Shown here: one piece after another, positions 38,541-50,747 of the stretch
Position numbering within the stretch: position 1 is the first letter of the stretch
How the letters are laid out: each line of letters opens with the position of its first letter
DNA from: Octopus bimaculoides
Taxonomy: Eukaryota
Length of the DNA stretch: 64,000 bases
Direction: 5' to 3'
Assembly (NCBI RefSeq): GCF_001194135.2
Contig: NC_068984.1
Span: 111,357,960-111,421,959, forward strand
Made by a program: the position numbers and the translations under genes
The notes under the pieces: generated by a model
The model's database searches: none
What the model was told of the DNA's origin: nothing
The model's input: the letters and a program-made list of their open reading frames with translations, nothing else

Positions 38541-38984
38541 CAGAAACTGGTCATATTGATTATGCTTACTTTGTAGAATAGCAACTTATTTTGCTTCCCA
38601 GCTGTATATAAGCCATTGTATATTATAAAGGATTAGTGACATGCATGGGTGCTGTCATTGACATTCACAGGGAGATTAAGGGCACCATAACGATTAATTT
38701 ACCTTGAAAGACTTTAAGCCCTGCTTCTTTGTATTCTAAGGTCAAGTTCTTCTGGGGTCAATTTTGCCATCGGTCTTTTCAGGGTTGATGAAATAAAGTA
38801 CCAGTCAAGTACTGAGATTGGATTTCGATGTAATTGACTAATACCTGTCCCCAGCCCTCCCAAAAAAGAGAACTGACCCTGAGCCTAAAATCAAAACAAC
38901 TGTTAGTGTAAGTGTTATTATTGTTGCTGACAGAACCGTTAGCATGCTGAGTAACATGCTCAGAGGCATTTCATCCCTCTATGA

Positions 38985-39155
38985 TGGGGGTTCCCGACCA
39001 CTTGGTGGGGCGAAGCCTTGACAGGAAGGTTGCACAGCGTTGCTAGAAGTGGCTTAGGATAATATTAATTCAAGATATCAGCTGATAGTAGGGGGCCATG
39101 TGGGTTTCAAGTTTTGGGTACGGGGTCGCAAGTGCAAAAATGTTGGGAACTGCTG
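38985..39155. mobile_element. hAT (Charlie-like) MITE
   Basis: Ends TGGGGGTTCCCGACC / TGTTGGGAACTGCTG; 8-bp TSD CTCTATGA / CTCTATAT (6/8 match), resembling the NTCTANAN preference. Confidence 0.7.
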
Positions 39156-39319
39156 CTCTATATGTTCCGAGTTCAAATTCCACCTGGGTCGACTTTGCCT
39201 TTCATCATTTCAGATTCGATAAAATAGCTACCAGTTCTATATTGAAGGGATGAGGAATTATGTACATTATTTACATTATTTACATTTGACAGATACTTGT
39301 CCTCATCTTGTTTGTTGTT

Positions 39320-39365
39320 AACACAACGTTTCGGCTGATATACCCTTCAGCCTTCATTAGGTGTC
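39320..39365 (-). ncRNA. Minimal hammerhead motif with core mutation (CTAATGA)
   Basis: All stems present; G5 changed to A. Confidence 0.6.
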
Positions 39366-39573
39366 TTGGGGAAATTTCGAACCTGGGTCTCCTTCCTAAG
39401 GTATTTTTTGATGTTATTATTATTATTATTATTATCATTATTATAATTGTTCAGGTCACTGCTTGGAATCAAACTCAGAATCTTGGGGTTAGTAGCCTGC
39501 GCTCTTAACCACTACACCATATGCCCGTGGGATATGCTTTAGGAATGAGGATCCAGGTTCGAAATTTCCCCAA

Positions 39574-39619
39574 GACACCTGATGAAGGCTGGAGGGTATA
39601 TCAGCCGAAACGTTGTGTT
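39574..39619 (+). ncRNA. Intact minimal type-I hammerhead ribozyme motif (Penelope-type)
   Basis: Stem I GACAC/GTGTT; core CTGATGA; extra A; stem II GGCTG/CAGCC; GAAA; palindromic ACGT stem III; GUU cleavage triplet. Confidence 0.75.
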
Positions 39620-39779
39620 AACAACAAACAAGATGAGGACAAATATCCATCAAATGTAAATAATGTAAAATAATGAAAATAACCACCAGTTAAACACTTA
39701 ATCGACTTAACCCCCCCCCCAAAAAAAAACTTGCTGGCTTTGTGCCAAAATTAGAAACCATTAGTGCTGCTAATGATTA

Positions 39780-40000
39780 GGCAGTGTACTGGCAGAATCA
39801 TTAATGCATTGAACAAAATGCTTTGAAGCATTTCATCCACCTCTATACATTCTGGGTTCAAATCCTTTCAAGATCAACTTTGCTTTTCATCCTTTTGTGG
39901 GGTTAATAACAAAATATCAGTCAAATATTAGGGGTCAGTGTAAGTTGACTTACCTACATCCCTCAAAATCGCTCCTCTTTGTGCCAAAATTCGAAACAAT
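39780..40000 (+). mobile_element. SINE-B (tail 2), diverged
   Basis: Family match. Confidence 0.7.
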
Positions 40001-40577
40001 TATTATTGGCACATTTATCCGCTTCTCCTAACTCACCCTTTACTCCTCCTCCCCCTCCATTTCTTTATCATCATTATCATCATCATCATATTCATCATCA
40101 TCATCATCATCATTAATCATAATCATCTTCATCATAATCATCTTCATCGTTATCATCAATAGGAGTTGTAGTAGTCTGTTATATTTATTACCAATTCTCT
40201 TATTCTTACTATCATCATCATCATCACCACCACCACCATCATCATAAATTCTGTTGTTGTCGATGCTGTTATTTTTGTTGTTTCTACCATAATTATTTGT
40301 TTGATATAATGAATAATGCTACTAATTGTTTGTTTGATATTTCAGTATTTCTTCAATTTATTTCTCCGTAACCAAGATAAGGCTTCTACCAAATATGTTG
40401 AACTATTTTTTACTTTGTTTTCTTTTATTAACATATTTATTCCCCCCTCCCCCCCTTTTTTTTTTCATGTTTTCTTAATTTCTATTCAAAGGAAGCTAGT
40501 GAAATAACAGAAATTCTGGGTTCTATTTTTCCTTTTTTTTACCCCTTTTGCCTGAAATTATCATCATCACCATCCTG

Positions 40578-40619
<42 letters not shown>

Positions 40620-40943
40620 GTTATTATTATTTGTTTTTTCACCCCACAAATAATATCTTAATTCTCTTGTTTTATTTCTATACTGTACTCACTAACCTGA
40701 TAAGAAATCAAAAATGATACATAACATAATTTTTCTTTTTTTTGTTTGTTTGTTTGTTTATTTATTTATTTATTTATTTATTGATATATTTCATATCTCA
40801 CACGTACATATGCATTATAGAATAAAATGATAACATCCCCATCACTGAGATATATATGTGTGTGTGTGTGTTTGTGTTTGTGTGTGTAACTTTGTGTCTT
40901 TATTCTGAGGTCAAGCACAATAAGAAGATAAATGGTGATGATG

Positions 40944-40979
<36 letters not shown>

Positions 40980-41239
40980 TTTTCTTAACAATAATGATGA
41001 TCAACATCATGTGTAGAAGAGATAAAAGGAAGGTGATAGAGTTGAAGAAGCCCTCTTGAATTATGTGTGAGGTAAAGAGGTTACAAATGCACACATACAC
41101 CTACATATTACATACGTGCATATATATATACATATATATAGACACATGTATGTTTACATATATATGTGTGTATATATACATATATATGTACATACATGTA
41201 TATATGTGTATGTTTGTACATACATATATATATATGTAT

Positions 41240-41320
<81 letters not shown>

Positions 41321-42204
41321 CACGTATGCATATGTACGTATGTAGGTAGGTATAAACATACAGAGTCAAGGAAGAAAATGGAGAGTCAATGTTGCACACG
41401 TCTAATAGTTTAATATTCAATTATAGTCGTTTCGGTACTATTCCATTTTAAATGACATAAATGATTATGTGTCACAAAATACACTACACATATAAATTTA
41501 CACATGGTTGATTATACCAACGTGGTACCTTATTAGACTTGTACCACGTGTGAGAATCATAATTATCATTATTATTACTGCTAATACCAGGTCTTTGCCC
41601 ATCACCATGCTCCCAGGAGAAATATTTGTTAACCATGCATGTACCTCCTTTTAATAGTAGGCTGTTATGCAGTGAATGTCTCGTTAGTTACTGTGGTGAT
41701 AACAGTCTACTTATCTATCATTGATACACACACACACACACACTCTCTCTCTCTCTCACTCTCTCTTTCATTCACAGAATTTCTCTCTCAACAACTACAA
41801 CAACTTGTCATTGTAGTGGAAGTCTTTTTTTTAAAGTATCAGTTGCATTTTCTCTATGTTGAAAGACATACAGAAACACACGCACAGAAATACACATGCA
41901 CGAACAACCCCAAAAAATAACTACCTATATTGCATAATGAAAAATTTTTTTTGAAGCTGTGTTGCATTGTGTTGACAGACTTGCATTTAAAATTCCTATG
42001 TTTTTAAACAAAACTTGTTAGTTACTACAGTGATGACACTAATTATCTATCTATCTATTTATCTATGTCTCTCTTTCTCTCTATATATATATGCATGTGT
42101 GTGTGCGTGCGTGCATGTGTCAGGGGGCACATGTATATATACATATACACATACACACACACACACACACATATATATATATCTATATCTATATATATAT
42201 CATC

Positions 42205-43310
42205 ATCATCATCATCATCATCATCGTTTAACGTCCGCTTTCCATGCTAGCATGGGTTGGACGATTTGACTGAGGACTGGTGAAACCGGATGGCAACACC
42301 AGGCTCCAATCTAATTTGGCAGAGTTTCTACAGCTGGATGCCCTTCCTAACGCCAACCACTCAGAGAGTGTAGTGGGTGCTTTTACATGTCACCCGCACG
42401 AAAACGGCCACGCTCGAAATGGTGTCTTTTATGTGCCACCCGCACAGGCCAGTCCAGGGGCACTGGCAACGANNNNNNNNNNNNNNNNNNNNNNNNNNNN
42501 NNNNNNNNNNNNNNNNNNNNNNNNNNNNNNNNNNNNNNNNNNNNNNNNNNNNNNNNNNNNNNNNNNNNNNNNNNNNNNNNNNNNNNNNNNNNNNNNNNNN
42601 NNNNNNNNNNNNNNNNNNNNNNNNNNNNNNNNNNNNNNNNNNNNNNNNNNNNNNNNNNNNNNNNNNNNNNNNNNNNNNNNNNNNNNNNNNNNNNNNNNNN
42701 NNNNNNNNNNNNNNNNNNNNNNNNNNNNNNNNNNNNNNNNNNNNNNNNNNNNNNNNNNNNNNNNNNNNNNNNNNNNNNNNNNNNNNNNNNNNNNNNNNNN
42801 NNNNNNNNNNNNNNNNNNNNNNNNNNNNNNNNNNNNNNNNNNNNNNNNNNNNNNNNNNNNNNNNNNNNNNNNNNNNNNNNNNNNNNNNNNNNNNNNNNNN
42901 NNNNNNNNNNNNNNNNNNNNNNNNNNNNNNNNNNNNNNNNNNNNNNNNNNNNNNNNNNNNNNNNNNNNNNNNNNNNNNNNNNNNNNNNNNNNNNNNNNNN
43001 NNNNNNNNNNNNNNNNNNNNTACACATCCAACGGAGCATACTGGCTTCATTCCTTGTGAGCTTACGTATGTCCTCAGCAGTTACAGCCCATGTTTCACTG
43101 CCATGTAGCATGGCTGTTCGTACGCATGCGTCATACAGTCTGCCTTTTACTCTGAGTGAGAGTCCCTTTGTCGCCAGCAGGGGTAAGAGCTCTCTAAACT
43201 TTGCCCAGGCTATTCTTATTCTAGCAGGTACACTTTCAGCGCACCCACCCCCACTACTAACTTGGTCGCCCAGATAGCGGAAGCTATCGACTACCTCTAG
43301 TTTTTCACCC
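42205..43310 (-). mobile_element. 5'-truncated RTE LINE (ORF end, gap, 3' UTR, (GAT)n tail)
   Basis: EKLEVVDSFRYLGDQVSSGGGCAESVPARIRIAWAKFRELLPLL..MLHGSETW; 3' end ..AACCCATGCTAGCATGGAAAGCGGACGTTAAACGATGATGATG. Confidence 0.85.
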
Positions 43311-43899
43311 TGATTGATAGAAAGGACAACAAAAGAAAGAGACCTCGATATTATGTAAATAGAGGAATTTATCTGTAAAAATTCAAAACTTAAAAAATTA
43401 AAAAATTAAAAACATTTTATTCTTTACAAACAATACACAATACTTCAAGCGTACTACAATACTCTCTTATTTATATAATAATTATATATAATAATAATAA
43501 TAATAATAACAATAATCCTTGGATGGAATTTATAAACATTTAATCAATCGATACACGTTTCCACCAATCGCATGTCTCTTATGATCACAGTCTGTTTTCC
43601 TGGGTTGATTGCATTGTATTCTGTAGCATCTGTGGGTAGTGGGTTGATCTTCTTTATGGATTCATTCCTTCAGGTGATATAACATTATTGGATGTTTACT
43701 AGAGGAAGGTATATCTCTTTTGACCAGTGCAAAGGCTGGTTGAGTAATGTGGGTATTTTTGTGTGTATGTGGTGAGAAAGAGGGGAATGGTGCTGACTGG
43801 TTCACCAGTCAGCATCGTTAGACTGTGGCTGGCATAATGGAATAAGAGGTTTATTTGCATATTCAAAATGTTTCTTGTATACAATTTTAAAAGATATAT

Positions 43900-45030
43900 T
43901 ATCACCATCGTTTAATGTCCACCTTCCATTCTGGCATGGGTGGGATGGTAACGACAGGAGCTGGCCAGGCAGAAGCCTGCATTTGACTTCATATATCATC
44001 ATCATCATCATCGTTTAACGTCCGTTTTCCATGCTGGCATGGGTTGGACGGTTCAGCTGGGGTCTGGGAAGCCAGGCGATTGCACAAGGCCCAAATCTGA
44101 TCTGGCAGTGTTTCTACAGCTGGATGCCCTTCCTACCGTCAACCACTCCGAGAGTGTAGTGGGTGATTTTTACATGCCACCGGCACAGGGGTCAGAGGGG
44201 GCTGGCTGGCAACGACCACAATCAGTTGGTGCTTTTTACCTGCCACCGGCATGGAAGCCAACCACAGCGGCAGTGACATCGGCCACATTCGGATGCTACT
44301 TTTTACATGCAACTGGCACGGGAGTCACAACTACAATTTCTATTTGATTTGATTTTGATATTGCTGTTGATGTTGATGTACTTGACTCAATAGGTCTCCT
44401 CAAGCATGGCATGTCACCCTACGATCCAAGGTACTTTTGAGTGGGCTGGTTATGCGACACTGGTGTAGGTTACAGTTGTGAACTCACTATATTTGCTGGA
44501 TCTTCTCAGTCACAGCATTCCTCCAGAGGTCTTAATGTTTTGCCATTGCCTCTGTGAGGTCCAACAGTCGAAGGTCATACCTCACCACCTCATCTCATGT
44601 CTTCCTGGGTCTTCCTCTACATCGGATTCCTTCCATTGTTTGGGAGTGGCACTTCTTCACACAGCTCTCCTCACCCATCTGCAGTACATCATCATCATCA
44701 TCATCGTCGTTTAATGTCCGCTTTCCATGCTAGCATGGGTTGGACAATTTGACTGAGGACTGGTGAACCAGGTGGCTACACCAGGCTCCAATCTGATTTG
44801 GAAGAGTTTCTACAGCTAGATGCCCTTCCTAATGCCAATCACTCTGAGAATGTAATGGGTGCTTTTATGTGCCACTGGCACGAAGGCCAGTCGGGCAGTA
44901 CTGGCAACAGCCACGCTCAAAATGGTGTATTTTACGTGCCACCTGCACAGAAGCCAGTCCGGCGGCACTGGCAATGATCTTGCTTGAATGTCTTTACACG
45001 TGCCACCGGCATAAGTGCCAGGAAGGCAAC
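43900..45030 (-). mobile_element. Head-to-tail chain of three truncated RTE 3' ends (43900-43990, 44000-44690, 44690-45030)
   Basis: Each ends in the GGACGTTAAACGATGATG-type tail; the middle one encodes CVKKCHSQTMEGIRCRGRPRKT*DEVV. Confidence 0.85.
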
Positions 45031-45045
45031 AACCATACCAATGCA

Positions 45046-45080
<35 letters not shown>

Positions 45081-45150
45081 TACATACATATATATACCTA
45101 CACATACATATATACAAACATATATATTCACATATATATAATTTACATAT

Positions 45151-45188
<38 letters not shown>

Positions 45189-45516
45189 TTATAAAATATA
45201 CATATCTTTACATATATAAATACACATACACACACTCACATGCACACACACACACACATGCACATATATACAAAAATTTAATAAGAGTAGTAGCATTAGT
45301 AATTGAAGTAAATGCTAAGTACAGGTAAAGAAGAGACGTGAACACTTAACACAAAGATAGTAGATGTAACAATATTTCAAGATGTTGAATTCAATATTGT
45401 GTACTCTGTACTTAGAGTAAGTATGTAGCATAGCATTTCTCATCTTGAAATTTATACATATGCGTATATGTAAATGGTATATAAGTGAACCTACATAATA
45501 TATGTTGACACACACT

Positions 45517-45652
<136 letters not shown>

Positions 45653-45693
45653 CACATACACATGCATACATATATATGTATACATACACATAT

Positions 45694-45753
<60 letters not shown>

Positions 45754-45921
45754 TATATGTGTGTGCGTATGTTTATGTGGCTCAAGTATAATGGCTATAT
45801 GGTTCTTTTATTGTCATTTGTAGTTTCTTGGTTCACCTATAGAAATCTGAATTGATAGAAGCTCAACAATTAAATAGGGAGAGACGAAACAGATCTATGT
45901 AGATAACGTGTGTGTGTGTGC

Positions 45922-45963
<42 letters not shown>

Positions 45964-47206
45964 GCACGTGTGTGGCCAATGAAAAAATTACTATCGGCAT
46001 ATTAAGTTTTAAGTATATACAACTGGCCTCTCCAGCTCTGTGGTTGCTCATTTCTTCACTTGTAATACAACTGATACATAGACGAATAAACATAAAGAGA
46101 GAGGGGGAAGATGAAGGGGAGAGAGAGAGAAAGACAGACAGATAAACTGCCAGATAGACAGAGAGAAAGACAGTTTGTCAGAGACAAGCAGGTTTTAGAT
46201 ATGTAAAGTTAAGTAGAGAAATAATTACGCATGCATGAATTGATAGACAGACAGATAGATGCAATGAAAAATAAGAGAAAGATAAATAAAGATAGGAAAA
46301 TAAGAATTTTGAATAAGAATATGATCTTGCTGTGGTTAGTACTTTAATGGCTTGAAGTATACTTCAAAAGAATATCAACTTTGTCTAATCAACAAAAATA
46401 TTTTTCGAAGATTCTTTTTGTAAGTCTTTAGTATGAATTTACCTCAATTCTGAACACAATTTCATCGTTTAAATTATTAACAAAAGCACTCTGCTTTTGG
46501 GGTTTATTTTTATTTTTGTTGTAGAGTACAGTCAAATATAATGTGCACCACCATAGTGAACATCTGCATAGTCTTTCAATCTGCAAGAAATAGAAGTCAT
46601 ATCTTTCTCAAACTTTACAAAATCTTTGTCCAAACCATTAGCAAAGGACACACTGACTAATGTTCTTGCAAGTAGGAATAAGACATGTTAATCATAACTA
46701 GAATGTCTTTAATCACAGTTATTCCATAACTGGAAATTATTGCAGCACTTTAGTATTAATGAAACTTTGTGTTGGTATACAAAGTGAAGCTCAATTTTTC
46801 CAATAGAGAAAAGCTAGCAATAGCAATAGACCAGCAGCTTGTTCATCATTATCATCATCTTAATATCAAATAATCCATGTATGGGTCAAATGGAATTTAT
46901 TGAGGCGGCCTTTCCTGTTGCCAACCATTATCTGTTTTCGAGCAAGGTAGTAATTCCTTTTGGTCAGATGTGTTTTTGGGGAATATTTGAAATAAATTAC
47001 AATTATTTGCAATTATGCAATATTGAGATAAAGAGTCAAAATATGCACACTCACTAACACACACACACACACACACACAACACACACACACACACACACA
47101 CAGAGTCTTTGAAGTTTCATGCCTATGCTCTCCTACAGAAAGGAATGAAGAAAGTAGATGGGGAGAGGAAAACAGTGGAGAGAGAAAAGAAGATATGTCA
47201 AAATTA

Positions 47207-47263
47207 GGGCCGACCAAAACCTTGTGAGTGGATTTGGTAGATGGAAACTGAAAGAAGCCTGTC

Positions 47264-47309
<46 letters not shown>

Positions 47310-47605
47310 NNNNNNNNNNNNNNNNNNNNNNNNNNNNNNNNNNNNNNNNNNNNNNNNNNATATGCATGTATGTATGTATGTGTGTGTATATGTTTGTGTG
47401 TCTGTCTTTGTCCCCCCCCCCAACATCGCTTGACAACCGATGCTGGTGTGTTTACGTCCCCGTAACTTAGCAGTTCGGCAGAAGAGACCAATAGAATAAG
47501 TACTAGGCTTACAAAGAATAAGTCCTAGGGTCGATTTGCTAAAGGCAATGCTCCAGCATGGCTGCAGTCGAATGACTGAAACAAGTAAAAGATCAAAAGA
47601 GTAAA
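47207..47605 (+). mobile_element. SINE-A, 5'-truncated
   Basis: Family match; followed by an inverted A-head fragment at about 47615-47700. Confidence 0.85.
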
Positions 47606-48978
47606 GAGAGTCACACATGGTTGTGTCGTTGAGAAGTGTGCTTCTAAACCACATAGTTTCACGTTCAGGCCCATTGCATGGCACCTTGGGCAATTGTCCC
47701 CTATCTTTTATCGTAGTCATGAGGTAACTAACACCTTGTAAATGGATCGTCTACGGGAAAATAAATTCCTCAGCCAGTTAATACAATGGAACAGAAGTTG
47801 GAAATAAGCACTGAAATTGTGTAGTTTAAAACAAAAATGAGCTGCACCAAAGAATTATCTAAGTGATAGAAAATAATTTAACTGAAGTTCTTCGATGGTT
47901 TATTAAGTAGTGTCATGTGGAAGAATCCTGAATTTTGATATGTCTTTTCCTTGCTTGTTTTGTTTGTTTATCTATCTAGCCTGCTGTTTTTATAATCATC
48001 CTCTAACTCATATATCCTTGTAGTTTTCTATTACGTTGGTAACAGATACATAGAGAAATATTAATTGTCTAGGAATGAATAAAAAAAAGAATGAATTTTT
48101 TTCTTTCAATGAATGAAAATTTGTTTTTTATTTCTCATTTTAGATATTACAACACATCTACAGCTATCTTTTTCATTTATTTATATATTTTACTGGGTTG
48201 TTTTTGTCTCACTTTGTTTTTTTTTTTTCTTGGAGGATCCAAGCAGCAGAGTAGCAAAGCAGACAGAGAAACAGTGGGATAAGGGGAGAGAAAAGAGAAA
48301 AAGAGAAATATTCCAGAGAAAAGATGAAGAGTATTAAAAAAGAAGAGAACTGTAATGATGGTGTATAGCTGTTTTATCTCAGGGTAAAATGACAGACATA
48401 TATAAAGAGCATGTGTGTGTGTATGCATGCATGTGTGTGTGTGTGTGAAATATAATTTTGTAGTGCTCATTTTAATTTAAAATGTATTACAAATAACTAG
48501 TATTTATAATTCTATGCCTATTCCAGCAAATCCACAGAAAAGTTATAAGGAGGACCTGCATTATAGTGTGAGTTCATTTAGTTGGATTCTACAGTTTGGA
48601 TAGGTTACAGAATACATATAAAATGCAAAGCAAAACTGAAGAGTATGTTCACAAAATATTTAGTTACAGCAGCTTACATATATTTCATTAACAATGAAAA
48701 ATTCCATCATATCAGGAAAATTTTGATAAGCTTATTTTATTGTCAAATTTCAGAGATTGCATAACTGCTATGAGTAACATTTTGTATTCATATTGGATAG
48801 TTGTGATTGTTAATACTGTATCACTGTTAGCTGTCCAGTATGAGCATTAATGATTATTTATGAGAATTACGCAATCTCTGAAGATTTGACAATGCAATCA
48901 GCTCATAAAATTTTTTTTAAAACACATGATAGATGCTATAACTAAAAATTTTATGAAAAATTCCTGTTTTCTTTAGCC

Positions 48979-49014
<36 letters not shown>

Positions 49015-49940
49015 NNNNNNNNNNNNNNNNNNNNNNNNNNNNNNNNNNNNNNNNNNNNNNNNNNNNNNNNNNNNNNNNNNNNNNNNNNNNNNNNNNNNNN
49101 NNNNNNNNNNNNNNNNNNNNNNNNNNNNNNNNNNNNNNNNNNNNNNNNNNNNNNNNNNNNNNNNNNNNNNNNNNNNNNNNNNNNNNNNNNNNNNNNNNNN
49201 NNNNNNNNNNNNNNNNNNNNNNNNNNNNNNNNNNNNNNNNNNNNNNNNNNNNNNNNNNNNNNNNNNNNNNNNNNNNNNNNNNNNNNNNNNNNNNNNNNNN
49301 NNNNNNNNNNNNNNNNNNNNNNNNNNNNNNNNNNNNNNNNNNNNNNNNNNNNNNNNNNNNNNNNNNNNNNNNNNNNNNNNNNNNNNNNNNNNNNNNNNNN
49401 NNNNNNNNNNNNNNNNNNNNNNNNNNNNNNNNNNNNNNNNNNNNNNNNNNNNNNNNNNNNNNNNNNNNNNNNNNNNNNNNNNNNNNNNNNNNNNNNNNNN
49501 NNNNNNNNNNNNNNNNNNNNNNNNNNNNNNNNNNNNNNNNNNNNNNNNNNNNNNNNNNNNNNNNNNNNNNNNNNNNNNNNNNNNNNNNNNNNNNNNNNNN
49601 NNNNNNNNNNNNNNNNNNNNNNNNNNNNNNNNNNNNNNNNNNNNNNNNNNNNNNNNNNNNNNNNNNNNNNNNNNNNNNNNNNNNNNNNNNNNNNNNNNNN
49701 NNNNNNNNNNNNNNNNNNNNNNNNNNNNNNNNNNNNNNNNNNNNNNTATATATATATATATAACCATGTGTGTGTGAGTATATATATGTGCATGTATGTA
49801 TATATATATATATATAGATATGTGTTTGTGTCATTGGAAGTATGCTTATATAAATGTGTGTGTGTGTGTATGTATATAGATATAAAAAGATAAATGTATG
49901 GATATATATTTGTAGACATATGTATGTATGTATATATATA

Positions 49941-50030
49941 CAGTGTCTCACTGAAGTATGTACACCCTTAAAAAATTTCAGTAAAATTGCCATTACTCTA
50001 ACAATATCAAAGGCAATCAAACTAAATTTA
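49941..50030 (+). mobile_element. Tc1-type terminal fragment
   Basis: TA|CAGTGTCTCACTGAAGTATGTACACCC terminus in a TA run. Confidence 0.5.
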
Positions 50031-50034
50031 TACT

Positions 50035-50543
50035 ATCGACGACTGGCACCCATGCCAACGTTGTCTCATTCATTGGACACGAAACTCAGCTTGCGAGGAC
50101 TTATTGGGGTAAGGGAAAGCGAAATCGAGATGGCACCTGTGCCCAGCGTCGCCTTTCTGGCACTTGGGCCAGTGGCACGTGTAAAGACATTCGAGCGAGA
50201 TCGTGCCAGTGCCCCTGGACTGGCTCTTGTGCCCGTGACATGAGTAAGGATTTTCGAGCGAGATCGTTCTCAGTGCCCCTGGACTGGCTCCTGTGCAGGT
50301 GGCACATTAAATACACCATTTTGAGCGTGGCCGTTGCCAGTACCACCTGACCGGCCTTCGTGCGGGTGGCACGTAAAATCGACCACTACACTCTCTGAGT
50401 GGTTGGCGTTAGGAAGGGCATCCAGCTGTAGAAACTCTGCCAAATCAGATTGGAGCCTGGTGCAGCCATCTGATTTCACCAGTCCTCAGTCAAATCGTCC
50501 AACCCATGCTAGCATGGAAAGCGGACGTTAAACGATGATGATG
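50035..50543 (+). mobile_element. RTE LINE 3' UTR with internal tandem subrepeats
   Basis: Same tail as 42205 and 44690; ~65-bp subunits at 50150-50390. Confidence 0.85.
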
Positions 50544-50747
50544 NNNNNNNNNNNNNNNNNNNNNNNNNNNNNNNNNNNNNNNNNNNNNNNNNNNNNNNNN
50601 NNNNNNNNNNNNNNNNNNNNNNNNNNNNNNNNNNNNNNNNNNNNNNNNNNNNNNNNNNNNNNNNNNNNNNNNNNNNNNNNNNNNNNNNNNNNNNNNNNNN
50701 NNNNNNNNNNNNNNNNNNNNNNNNNNNNNNNNNNNNNNNNNNNNNNN

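Larger units (their letters stand above)
39237..39675. mobile_element. Palindromic hammerhead-tailed tRNA-derived retroelement, copy 2
   Basis: Minus-strand unit: head 39526-39450 (A-box TGGTGTAGTGG, B-box-like GAGTTTGATTCC), (AAT)n, tail; inverted tail 39537-39670; TSD AAAATAGCTACCAGTT / AAAATAACCACCAGTT (14/16). Confidence 0.85.
38920..39765 (+). mobile_element. SINE-B interrupted twice (hAT MITE and hammerhead element)
   Basis: B segments at 38920-38984, 39156-39236 and 39676-39765 join into one copy. Confidence 0.75.

Noticed and set aside
43515-43870. R4-like reverse transcriptase remnant
   Set aside because: Multiple stops and no motif I could match with confidence.
50040-50120. HDV-like ribozyme at an RTE-related sequence
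   Set aside because: I could not complete the nested pseudoknot, and homology with 44340-44470 places this segment in the 3' UTR, not the 5' end.
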